Shown: positions 16,410 through 25,256 of the stretch, one piece after another
How positions within the stretch are numbered: the stretch's first letter is position 1
Layout of the letters: each line of letters opens with the position of its first letter
Source of the DNA: Lentibacter sp.
GTDB lineage: Bacteria; Pseudomonadota; Alphaproteobacteria; Rhodobacterales; Rhodobacteraceae
Assembly (NCBI RefSeq): GCF_029254145.1
Contig: NZ_JAQWYD010000007.1
Coordinates: 1 to 32,000, forward strand
Direction: 5' to 3'
DNA: 32,000 nucleotides
Translations under genes and position numbers: made by a program
The notes under the pieces: generated by a model
The model's input: the letters and a program-made list of their open reading frames with translations, nothing else
Told to the model about the DNA's origin: nothing
The model's database searches: none

Positions 16410-17468
16410 TTACTTCAAAAGTCTGCCGTCTTTGCGGCTTTCGCCTAACAGAACATAGCGTGAGAATTCGTTGGCTGCCAAGCCCACACCCTTTGTGAAG
16501 CGGCGCAAAAAGCGGATAGCGGCAGGGGAGGAGACAGGCACCATATGGCCCATGTTTTCGCCTGTTTCAAAGAGGGAGAAATCCATAACGCTCACATCTA
16601 GCCCATCTACTTCTTCAGCGTTCTGGATGCGCCCCAAGCGCTCTTTACGCCCTGTGAGCAGGCTCGACACATTCAGGACGCGATCTTTCTGGGTGGTCAT
16701 GATGATGAAGGGTTGTGGGAGTGTGCCGATTTCACCCGCCTGTTGGCGAAAGACATCAGGGTCTATATCGGGCGACATCAGCACCACAGCTTCGAGAGCG
16801 TCGATGTTATGCGTCTTGCCTTCAAGAGCGAGCTGACGAAGTGATTCCATAACGAGGTAGCTGCCCATTGAGTGTGCCAGTATAATCACTCGGCGTTGGC
16901 CTGCGCGGTTGAGGGCTTCCAAGAGGCGAGCAAAGTCGGTGCGCGCAAAGAGGACAGAGTCACGGTCATAGGCATAGCCCAATGGGTCGCCCGCGGAGGG
17001 CCATGAGAAGAGGAGCGCAGGATTATTGAGCTCAAAGTCATGCTGGATTTGGGCAAGGCGGAAGGCTGCATCTTCAAGTGTGTTGTTGTAGCCATGAACA
17101 AAGATCAGAAGCGGCTCTTCAGCGGATATGCGGCTGGCTTTTAAGCGCTCATTGAGCTTGGCGCTGTTTGCGAGGGGAGTGGCTCTCAGCGGAGCGAAGT
17201 GTCGGCGCGCATCGATCTGGCCGCGGCTACGCTCTATGCGGCCAATCTGGTGATTGGGTGGGATCGAGATATTCAGTTCAGCATAGCTCATCACTGTTGA
17301 GCGCTTTTCGCCAAACATTTGGCCGCGTTGGCCTTCTGTGCGCATGGTGGCGATGAATATCGTTTCGCGGCTGGCTTCTGGCACTGGTGCGACAAAGCCG
17401 GCCGACTGCGGCCGAGCGCAGGCGGTGAGCGCGAGGAGTGCGAGGAGGACCAGAAAACGATTTACCAT
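16410..17468 (-). CDS. lipoprotein, DUF900-type alpha/beta hydrolase
   Basis: It has a lipobox (LLALTAC). FVHGYNNTLEDAAFRLAQ...FSWPSAG...YAYDRDS...ILAHSMGS matches my memory of the DUF900 esterase-like family. Confidence 0.75.
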   Translation of the reverse strand: MVNRFLVLLALLALTACARPQSAGFVAPVPEASRETIFIATMRTEGQRGQMFGEKRSTVMSYAELNISIPPNHQIGRIERSRGQIDARRHFAPLRATPLANSAKLNERLKASRISAEEPLLIFVHGYNNTLEDAAFRLAQIQHDFELNNPALLFSWPSAGDPLGYAYDRDSVLFARTDFARLLEALNRAGQRRVIILAHSMGSYLVMESLRQLALEGKTHNIDALEAVVLMSPDIDPDVFRQQAGEIGTLPQPFIIMTTQKDRVLNVSSLLTGRKERLGRIQNAEEVDGLDVSVMDFSLFETGENMGHMVPVSSPAAIRFLRRFTKGVGLAANEFSRYVLLGESRKDGRLLK

Positions 17469-17489
17469 AGGGAGCTTATGTCATGCTGC

Positions 17490-18251
17490 CTAGGGGCAGG
17501 AAAGCGCTTTGGTAAGGCTTTGAGGGCCTGCATAGGGGCCAATGTCACGCACGCTGAGGTATGTGCCATCGTAAGCTGTGGCGATGATACGCGACCAGTT
17601 GGCATCAGCGGTGATCATTTCGGGGGTGTCTGCACAGTTGCGCAAACCGCCTGCTATGAAATCCCAGCCAATTTTGTGGTTGGTTAGGCCGGTTTTTGTA
17701 GCGATTTCAGTGAGCTTGCCGTCTTTAAAACGCCAGAGGCGGAGGGTTTTGGCGAGATGTGGTCTATCAATATAGCCAATTTCGACAAAGCCGTCGCCGT
17801 CAAAGTCGGCTGCGCCGATGGGCGCGAGCCAACGGTTGCGTTGGCCAATATGGGGTGTGGCGGCAATCAGGCCTTTAGGGCCATAAACCGACAGCCGTGC
17901 TCCAAGAGCTGCGTCGGATTCAACGACGACCACTTCTGGCGCGCCGTCTGTATCGAGATCGATCAGGCGTGGGTCTAGATCTTCGAACACGCGGGTTTCT
18001 GGCAGGCGGAGTGTGATTGCCTGAGACGAACCGTCTAAGGCCTGGATATGCAGTTCAATTGCACCATATTCGACGTCATCCCCGAGAACACCGTGGGCAT
18101 AGCGTGTTGTTGGCTCGGTGAATTTGGCGGATGTTATCAGACCGTGAGCCGCGCTTGTAAGTGAGCAGGCCAAGTTGAGTGCCATCGCCAGAGACGCGCC
18201 GCGAAAGAGGCGGTGCAGGGGGTGTTTGCTCTGGCGCGGCGCTGTTTTCAC
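17490..18251 (-). CDS. secreted FG-GAP/VCBS-repeat protein
   Basis: It starts on GTG, 2 nt after the ferredoxin stop. It has a signal-like N-terminus. DLDTDGAPEVVVVE and ADFDGDGFVEIGY are calcium-binding FG-GAP-type motifs. Confidence 0.7.
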   Translation of the reverse strand: MKTAPRQSKHPLHRLFRGASLAMALNLACSLTSAAHGLITSAKFTEPTTRYAHGVLGDDVEYGAIELHIQALDGSSQAITLRLPETRVFEDLDPRLIDLDTDGAPEVVVVESDAALGARLSVYGPKGLIAATPHIGQRNRWLAPIGAADFDGDGFVEIGYIDRPHLAKTLRLWRFKDGKLTEIATKTGLTNHKIGWDFIAGGLRNCADTPEMITADANWSRIIATAYDGTYLSVRDIGPYAGPQSLTKALSCP

Positions 18252-18253
18252 AA

Positions 18254-18580
<327 letters not shown>

Positions 18581-18748
18581 TCAGCGCTCCTCAAAAACAT
18601 TGCTTTGGCTTTGTTACAAAAGCGCGCGCGCCGCTGCCAGCCCTAATTGTGGCCTGCAGGGATGTCACAGGGCAAAAACTTCGTGATCGAGGCTGGATGT
18701 GGGCTTTGCTGCGCTTCGCTTTTGCGCGTATCTTGCCCAAAAGCCAAA

Positions 18749-19282
18749 ATGCGAGCGAGCACGAGATTGAAACGGGCGATTACATCAATGATCTTGGGTT
18801 TGACTGTTACGGCTTGTGCCGAGCAAACCCTGATCAGCCCTGTCGAGCCTGTGCTTGTGGAAAGCTTCGCTGCGCCACCGCCTGGCTCTGATCCGAACTC
18901 TTACTGGGGTAAGGATGTGACGCCAGCGGTTATTGAAATGGTGACACAGGATATTCTAGTTCAGCCTGCTGAAGTCTCCTCGGACGGTACAGTTGTGAGC
19001 GAGCCGATTTATAAACGCGAGACGCGGCAGGCCATTGTAAAAGAACGTCGTGAGCTTTGGTTCGAGACGCCATGCCAGGACAAACTGACGCCCGATATTA
19101 TCGCCACGTTGCAGCGCGCACTGAAGGCGCGGGGGCTCTATACCGGGGCTTTGTCAGGCCAGATGGACGGACCGACGAGGGCTGCGATCCGCCGCTTTCA
19201 AGTGAAAGAAGGTCTTGATAGCTCCATCCTTTCCCTTTGGGCCGCGCGCAAGCTCGGTCTCGTTGCGATCGAGCGCAGCTAA
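18749..19282 (+). CDS. lipoprotein with a C-terminal peptidoglycan-binding (PG_binding_1-like) domain
   Basis: The ORF track gives 18647..19282. I start at ATG 18749 (MRASTRLKRAITSMILGLTVTAC, lipobox). The C-terminus has LQRALKARGLYTGALSGQMDGPTRAAIRRFQ. No clear SD, so the start is uncertain. Confidence 0.7.
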   Translation: MRASTRLKRAITSMILGLTVTACAEQTLISPVEPVLVESFAAPPPGSDPNSYWGKDVTPAVIEMVTQDILVQPAEVSSDGTVVSEPIYKRETRQAIVKERRELWFETPCQDKLTPDIIATLQRALKARGLYTGALSGQMDGPTRAAIRRFQVKEGLDSSILSLWAARKLGLVAIERS

Positions 19283-19287
19283 GCTTT

Positions 19288-19953
19288 TTAACGCCAGTCG
19301 ATGAGGGTATTTGTCTCAGCGCGGGGGGTGCGGAAGCTGTTGATTGGCGCAGATGTGTCAGCGTAGCCAAAGGAAACGGTGCAGAGTATCAGGCGGTCTT
19401 TTGGTAGACCAAACCAGTCTCGCAGAAAGGGCGCATAGCCAGCGGGGGCAGCTTGTGGAATACTGCCAAGCCCTGCTTCTGTCAGGGCTGCGCAAAAGGC
19501 AGTAACGAAGCCGCCGCAATCCAACGCTCCATAAGCTCCCAGTTCTCGCGGGCTCGTGATGAGTGCCATGTGAGGCGCGCCAAAAAAGCGGAAGTTTTCG
19601 AGCATTTGCGTCATTCTTGCTGGCTTGTCTTCGCGGGCGATGGAGGCCGCATCGTAAAGCTGCATGCCACAGTCAAAGCGGCGTGTCTTATACTGGCCCG
19701 TATAGCTTTCTGGCCAAGGTAAATCGGGCTGCATCTCATGCGCTTGGGCATGGGCATGTAAAGCTGTTCCCAGGCGGGCTGTTTCTGCCTCTTGGGTGAC
19801 AATGAGCTGCCACGGCTGGGCATTGCACCACGAGGGCGCTCGCGCGGCTGTGGCCACGGCCTGCTCAATGAGCGAAGGTGCCACTGGCTTGGGTAGATAT
19901 GCGCGGCAAGAGTGGCGCGCGTGTAGCGTGGTTTCTAGGGCGGATGTCATCAT
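19288..19953 (-). CDS. nitroreductase-family oxidoreductase
   Basis: It has HARHSCRAYLPKPV...APSWCNAQPW, a typical nitroreductase N-terminus. The ATG overlaps the stop of the zinc-ribbon gene, with AAGGAG upstream. Confidence 0.8.
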   Translation of the reverse strand: MMTSALETTLHARHSCRAYLPKPVAPSLIEQAVATAARAPSWCNAQPWQLIVTQEAETARLGTALHAHAQAHEMQPDLPWPESYTGQYKTRRFDCGMQLYDAASIAREDKPARMTQMLENFRFFGAPHMALITSPRELGAYGALDCGGFVTAFCAALTEAGLGSIPQAAPAGYAPFLRDWFGLPKDRLILCTVSFGYADTSAPINSFRTPRAETNTLIDWR

Positions 19954-20993
19954 AAGGCTCCTTGCTCAAGCCCGTAGAGATAGCCGACTGTTCCTGCGAT
20001 GATAAGCCCGAGTAGAACCGCAAAGAAGATTTTCCATGCTGAATAGGGACGTTCGCCTTGGACGCGGCCTGTGCGCCCATTGACAACAAAGCGGAAGCTG
20101 CGACCGCGGTATTTGTATGCGGCGAGCCAGACTGGCAAAAGGATGTGCTTGAAGGTCACGTCTTTTACGGAGGTGTCGATGACGCGGGCCTCTTCATAGC
20201 CTTCGGAAAGCTCGACAGAGTATCCCTCCGCGCGAAAGCCTGCGAGATATTCGGGCTTGTAAGGCTCAAGGGCTGCCAGATCCCAAGGCTCAAGCGCATC
20301 CGTAAAACGCTTGGGCAGGGAGCGGGAGGCGAGCACCAAAACGTCGTCAAAGAAGCGTGCGACACGGCCGCGTGCAGGGGACCAGCGAATTTTGGCGACT
20401 TGCTGGCGTTCACGCTTGCCATCGCGGACAACTGTTATTGTGTCGTAGTAGACCGTTCCGCGCTCGCCCGAGTAGCGCGAGGTGGTGTCGGCATCAAAGG
20501 TCCAGTAGGGCACATAGATCCCCGACATCGCACGACCCTTGCGAGCGTAATCTTGCAGGCCATTCGGGGCAAACCAGAGACTGCCGAGCCAGTCTGTCAT
20601 GGCGTTGCGCGCGGTTTTCTCATCAAGCGCGAATGGGAGCACACCTCGGGGCTTGATGTGGCGGTGCAGGCCCGTGTCTGTGACGACTGGGGTTGCGCAG
20701 AATGGGCACTCAGCAGCGTGAGTATGCGCGTCAAACTCCACCTCAGCGGCGCAGTTGGGGCATTGGGAAACACGGGTTTCCTCAATATCTTGAGCGGGGA
20801 GCTTGGCCTGCAGTGCGTCTTCAAAATCAAGTTCGCGGATGGAGGGGCCTCGTGTGAGACCGATCTCCTCTGTATGTCCGCAGTGGTCGCAGGCGAGCCT
20901 GTCCTGTGCTGGATCAAATCGGTAGTCTGCTCCACAGGCCGTGCAGGGGAAGCGGTGACTTGTGGTCACGTTGGTGGGCGCGGTTTCGGACAA
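19950..20993 (-). CDS. double zinc-ribbon protein with a C-terminal TM anchor (YdjG-like architecture)
   Basis: 347 aa. There are two CxxC...CxxC pairs: CTACGADYRF...CDHCGH and CPNCAAEVEF...CPFCATP. The C-terminal helix is IFFAVLLGLIIAGTVGYLYGL. Confidence 0.7.
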   Translation of the reverse strand: MSETAPTNVTTSHRFPCTACGADYRFDPAQDRLACDHCGHTEEIGLTRGPSIRELDFEDALQAKLPAQDIEETRVSQCPNCAAEVEFDAHTHAAECPFCATPVVTDTGLHRHIKPRGVLPFALDEKTARNAMTDWLGSLWFAPNGLQDYARKGRAMSGIYVPYWTFDADTTSRYSGERGTVYYDTITVVRDGKRERQQVAKIRWSPARGRVARFFDDVLVLASRSLPKRFTDALEPWDLAALEPYKPEYLAGFRAEGYSVELSEGYEEARVIDTSVKDVTFKHILLPVWLAAYKYRGRSFRFVVNGRTGRVQGERPYSAWKIFFAVLLGLIIAGTVGYLYGLEQGAL

Positions 20994-21041
20994 GATATTC
21001 TATGCCTTTAGACGGATGTTTAGAGCAAAAGAAAGAGCCGA

Positions 21042-22148
21042 TCAGCCCTCTGGCGGAGGCGGTGGCAGCACTGTGAAGAGGGTCGCAAGCGCAGTGACGT
21101 CTGCGGCCTTTTTCCAGCCGTCTAGACCTGCGGTCCAGACCAGAGTGTCGCGCGTGAGTGCTCCGTCGGCAGACATACGGCCCATGGAAGCACGCGAGAA
21201 GGGGCCTTTTGTCTTGCCTGCTTCGGCGATGTGCCAGACCTGTTCGACTGGCGGGGGCGGCGGGGCGATTTGGGCTTTGGGCGCTGGTGCGCCCCACGGA
21301 CCTGCTTGCGCAGAAGCTTCGTGGGCAATTTGCATGCCCAAGCCTGCGCCGACACCAGCCTGAAGCGCGGCGGCTCCCGTGCCTTGGGCCGTCAGGCTCT
21401 CGGCGGCCTGATAGTTCATGTAGGTTGAAAGGTCGCCGACGACGCCCATCGAGGTGCGCTTGTCGAGCACGGCTTCAACGGCTTCTGGCAGAGAAATATT
21501 TTCGATATAAAGCTCGGGCATTTCAAGGCCATATTCCGCGAGCCTTGGTGCGATATCACGGCCCACAAGCGTTCCGAGTTCGCGCGTGTTGGCGGCCATG
21601 TCGAGCACTGGGATACCTGCGCGGGCGATGGTGTGGGAGAACTCCTGCACAATGATGTTGCGGATCTGGTAGCTGATCTCGTCCATCGTGAATTCGCCAT
21701 CGGTACCTACGATTTCAGTTAGAAAACGGGCGGGATCACTTACCTTTATCGTGTAGCTGCCATAGGCGCGCAGGCGCACAGGGCCGAACTCTGGATCTCG
21801 CGCGATGATGGGGTTTTTTGTGCCCCACTTCAGATCGGAGAAGCGGGTTGTATTGACGAAATAGACCTCAGATTTGAATGGGCTTTTGAAGCCGTGGTCC
21901 CAGTGATTGAGCGTGGTTGTGATCTGCATGTTGTTGGTTTCAAGCATGTAAAGACCGGGGGTGAAGACATCTGCCAGCTGGCCTTCGTGAACAAAGACGG
22001 CCGCCTGACCCTCGCGTACGGTGAGCTTGGCGCCGTATTTGATCTCGTGGTCTTCACGCTGAAAGCGCCAGACCATTGTATCGCGCGTGTCATCGGTCCA
22101 GTGGATGACGTCAATAAATTCGCCTGTCAGAAAATCAAAAATGCCCAT
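21042..22148 (-). CDS. SPFH/Band-7 family protein (YdjI-like) with a C-terminal GYF-like domain
   Basis: 368 aa. The N-terminus MGIFDFLTGEFIDVIHWTDDTRDTMVWRF and FVNTTRFSDLKWGT are typical of the SPFH subfamily often annotated 'virion core protein'. The C-terminus has W-x8-GPF...LVWTAGLDGW flanked by PPPPP runs. Confidence 0.8.
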   Translation of the reverse strand: MGIFDFLTGEFIDVIHWTDDTRDTMVWRFQREDHEIKYGAKLTVREGQAAVFVHEGQLADVFTPGLYMLETNNMQITTTLNHWDHGFKSPFKSEVYFVNTTRFSDLKWGTKNPIIARDPEFGPVRLRAYGSYTIKVSDPARFLTEIVGTDGEFTMDEISYQIRNIIVQEFSHTIARAGIPVLDMAANTRELGTLVGRDIAPRLAEYGLEMPELYIENISLPEAVEAVLDKRTSMGVVGDLSTYMNYQAAESLTAQGTGAAALQAGVGAGLGMQIAHEASAQAGPWGAPAPKAQIAPPPPPVEQVWHIAEAGKTKGPFSRASMGRMSADGALTRDTLVWTAGLDGWKKAADVTALATLFTVLPPPPPEG

Positions 22149-22170
22149 GGAGACGATCCTTTTTACGAAG

Positions 22171-23145
22171 TTAACTGTTGGTTTCGCCAGTGAGCTCGGC
22201 GGCGATTTGTTTGATGGTGGGGCGGGCTTCAGGCAGGCTCATGCCGCTTTTGAGGCGCGGGTCGTAGAGCATTTTGAGCAGAAGCTCGTCGTGACTGGTG
22301 AGGGTGGCGAATTCTTCATCGTCATTGAAGATTGATGGACGCGCGAGAGGGCTGTCATTGGAAAGCCCAAGGCCTTGGGCGAGCTCTTCGTGCACGCACG
22401 ATAGGCGCATGAGGGTAGGGTGTTCGGCGCGGATGATAGCGAGGGCGCGCTCGCTTCCCTCACCGGCCGACGGTGTGTTCGTGTGGACGAGGCAGTAAAT
22501 GTCGCGTGGCAGGTTTGTCAAAGTTTGCAACCGAGATTTTGGGAAGTCGGGCCAGACGCTGGCGACAATATCTTTCAGAGCGTCGTCGTCATCATGGCTT
22601 ACGAATATCACATGGAAGTTGCCTTTGGCGTCTGTCGTGCTGATTTCATGGCCCGTGTCGCGGGCCAAGCGGGCGGCGTATGCATTTACGGTCGCTCTGT
22701 CGTTTATGCGTTGTGAAGCGGAGACCGAGGGCCCGAAGTGGGCATTGAAATGCACAGGGCCACGCCAAGGGTGAAAGCGGCTTACGGCTGTAGACTCGGA
22801 CAGAAGCGCGCCGCTTGAATGTTCGTCATAAAAAGCGATGGCCTCGAAGTTGCGCGCGAGATCAAGGGCGCGGAATTTGGTGTCGGGCCCGCCCCCGTCG
22901 CGGCGTAGAAGGCCTTGGGAGAGCAGGTGCTCTTCGAGCTTTTCATAATAAGCGGCAAGCTCGCGTGATTTGGCCGTGGGTGCTTGTGGCGCATCGGGCT
23001 TTGGCGCGGTTTTGGTGGGTGTGAGGCTTGCTGGGCGCAGTTGGGGTTTGAGGCTTTCGCGCAAGGGAAAGGTGCAGCAAACCAGAAGGGACAGCCCGAG
23101 AAGAGCTGCCCCTGTCTGGGCAAAGAGGCGACGGGCGCGGGCCAT
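22171..23145 (-). CDS. exported DUF2927-like protein (second paralogue)
   Basis: The ORF track gives 22171..23310. I start at ATG 23145 (MARARRLFAQTGAALLGLSLLVCC, a signal peptide with an imperfect lipobox). CVHEELAQGLGLSND...SIFNDDEEF is homologous to the gene at 157..1527. Confidence 0.7.
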   Translation of the reverse strand: MARARRLFAQTGAALLGLSLLVCCTFPLRESLKPQLRPASLTPTKTAPKPDAPQAPTAKSRELAAYYEKLEEHLLSQGLLRRDGGGPDTKFRALDLARNFEAIAFYDEHSSGALLSESTAVSRFHPWRGPVHFNAHFGPSVSASQRINDRATVNAYAARLARDTGHEISTTDAKGNFHVIFVSHDDDDALKDIVASVWPDFPKSRLQTLTNLPRDIYCLVHTNTPSAGEGSERALAIIRAEHPTLMRLSCVHEELAQGLGLSNDSPLARPSIFNDDEEFATLTSHDELLLKMLYDPRLKSGMSLPEARPTIKQIAAELTGETNS

Positions 23146-23302
23146 CGGCTTAGTGTGGCACAGCTGTACCAGCGGTATCGCCCGTGCCGGTTTTGCGCGC
23201 TTTTGCGGCGGCAAGTGTGTCGCGCAATTCAGCCTCCATTTTCTTGAGCTCGACTTCGGCGGAGGCGCGTTTGGCTTTGCCCTCGTCAGTGATATGAAGG
23301 CT

Positions 23303-24346
23303 CTACTCAATCGTTCCGATCAAATCGGCGTTGGCCTGTTTGACGGCTTCTATGTCAAAGACACCACGCTCCATTTCCTGACGAATGATCTTGTTGCTGT
23401 CTCGTAGGTTTTTGGCATTGGCCGTTAGCAGCTCGTTGGTCAGATCATTGGCGTCGCGCACGGCGGCGGCGGCCTCTGCGGAGCGCTGGATTGTGACCGC
23501 TTGGGCGAGTTGTGTTTCCCAGAGCGGCACGGTGTTGACCAGTGTCGAGTTGATCTTTGTCACGAGCGATTTGTCATTTTCCTGAACCAAACGGATTGAC
23601 GGGAGTGACTGCATGGTGACCTGACGCGTCAGCTTCAGGTCATGCACGCGGCGCTCCAGATCGTCGCGCGCGGCGCGCAGGTCGCGCAGTTCTTGCGCGC
23701 GCATGACCTTGTCTTTCTCGGGCGCTTTCTCGATTTTGGCTTCGAGCGCGGGGATGTCTTTTTCGTCGAGCACGCGGAGCTTTTCTTCACCCGCAGCGAT
23801 GTAAAGCGCGAGCTCGTCATAAAACGCCAGTGTCTTTTCATAGAGCATGTCGAGCGATTTGATGTCTTTCAGAAGCGTGTGCTCGTGGTCAAGCAGGCTC
23901 TCTGTGATTCGGTCAATCTGGCCTTGGACTTGCTCGAACTTTGCTGTGAACTTGGCAAAAGGCGCGGCTCGGCCGAGGAGTTTTTCCCACCATGTGCGCT
24001 CGCGGCGCACATCAAGCTCGCTGACGGAGAAGCCGCGGATTGTTGTGATGATGCCGCGCAGGCTATCGCCAGCGGGGCCGACATCCTTGTTGCGCACGCC
24101 CTGAAGCATCGCTTGGGAAATTTCCTGGAGCTCGGCCTGCGCAGCGGAGCCGAAGCTGACGATCGACTGCGTGTCGCTCATGTCAAGCTCGCCCATGCGG
24201 GATTTGATCTCTTTGCCGAGAGCGCCTTTGGCTTCGCTCATGGGTACTATGGCGTTTACCTCAGCAGGTTCTGGCAGGACCACGGCATTTACTTCCTCGA
24301 CGAGGGCGAGTGTGTCTTGGGCTTTTTTCTGGATTTCTGTGGCCAT
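23303..24346 (-). CDS. telA: TelA-family toxic anion resistance protein, ends at an in-frame TAG (possibly truncated or pseudogene)
   Basis: ATG 24346 has GAGG 7 nt upstream. It encodes 347 aa with a long coiled-coil TelA-like pattern (SIVSFGSAAQ...LDMLYEK...PSIRLVQENDKSL). The frame stays open for 50 more codons after the TAG (see findings). Confidence 0.8.
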   Translation of the reverse strand: MATEIQKKAQDTLALVEEVNAVVLPEPAEVNAIVPMSEAKGALGKEIKSRMGELDMSDTQSIVSFGSAAQAELQEISQAMLQGVRNKDVGPAGDSLRGIITTIRGFSVSELDVRRERTWWEKLLGRAAPFAKFTAKFEQVQGQIDRITESLLDHEHTLLKDIKSLDMLYEKTLAFYDELALYIAAGEEKLRVLDEKDIPALEAKIEKAPEKDKVMRAQELRDLRAARDDLERRVHDLKLTRQVTMQSLPSIRLVQENDKSLVTKINSTLVNTVPLWETQLAQAVTIQRSAEAAAAVRDANDLTNELLTANAKNLRDSNKIIRQEMERGVFDIEAVKQANADLIGTIE

Positions 24347-24371
24347 GTCGGACCTCACTTTCTTGATAAAA

Positions 24372-25256
24372 TTAGGACTTGTCTAAACGGATGCCCTCTT
24401 GGGCGAGACGGTCGCGCAGCACTTCGATCTCGATATTGAGATCGCTGCGGTCATCCAGCAAAAGAGAACGGTTCTTGGCTGAGAAGCTGTCTTGTAGATC
24501 GCTCAGCAGAGCGAGGTAGTCATTTCTGGCCTCTGTGCTGCGGGCGCGGGCGCGGGTGTAAATATCGGCAAATTTTTCGGTCGCGTCACGTGCGCCTTTC
24601 AAATAAACGCCCATGAATTTGCGCGCTGCAGTGAGATCACGCGGGTCCTCCTCGACAGTGCGCAGCAGTTCGCGAACCTGTCGCTGAAAGCGCTCAACAC
24701 GGGAGCTTACCTGACGGTCGGCGGCGCGGTGAGCGGCGGCGGTTATGGCTGTGAGGTGCTCTTCGGCCTGGGTGACAACACGTGCCACGCGGTCTGTCTG
24801 GAATTGATCCACTCCGTCCATGCCCTTGTTTACAAGTGGATCAGGACCGAAGGCGGCGAAGTGGAGCGCAAGCCCGAGACCCCCAAAGAGCACGGCTTCA
24901 AGGACACCAAAGCCAACATAACCCGCGAGAGCGAGGCCTGTGCCAGTGAGAATTTAGCCAAGGATTTTGCGTGGTAGGGCGGGACGACGTGCAATTTTGC
25001 GGGCGTCGTAGGCTTCATGGGCCTGTTGGCCTGAGCGGGTGAGCCAAGCGGCCAGCAAAAGATCAGCCAGCGCCACGAGCCAAAGGAACATTTCCAACGG
25101 AGGAGAAGTAAACGCCTGCCAGATCATCGGCAGGGGAGCGAGGAATAGGAAATTGACCCTCCCGCCGACGCGAGAGCGACGCGCGCCTTGATAGCTGTTG
25201 CCATCTGCGGCATTGCCTGCTTCTGGGCTATATTTTCCGCCAAATTGCTCTGACAT
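24372..25256 (-). pseudogene. XpaC-like (5-bromo-4-chloroindolyl phosphate hydrolysis family) 4-TM membrane protein, split by an in-frame TAA
   Basis: ORF-track entries 24954..25352 and 24372..24893 are in the same frame and are separated only by TAA (24956..24954). ATG 25256 (MSEQFGGKYS) has GGAG 9 nt upstream. The 20 codons after the TAA (ILTGTGLALAGYVGFGVLEA) complete a TM helix. Confidence 0.6.

Noticed and set aside
19280-19290. Convergent PG-binding lipoprotein and nitroreductase genes whose stops are only 5 nt apart, with no terminator
   Set aside because: This is real but unremarkable in compact bacterial genomes, and no structure or motif is associated with it.
20058-21011. 317-aa plus-strand ORF
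   Set aside because: It is antisense to the zinc-ribbon gene, whose four CxxC pairs and TM anchor give it the better coding claim.
23642-24439. 265-aa plus-strand ORF
   Set aside because: It is antisense to telA, and its composition is typical of a shadow frame.
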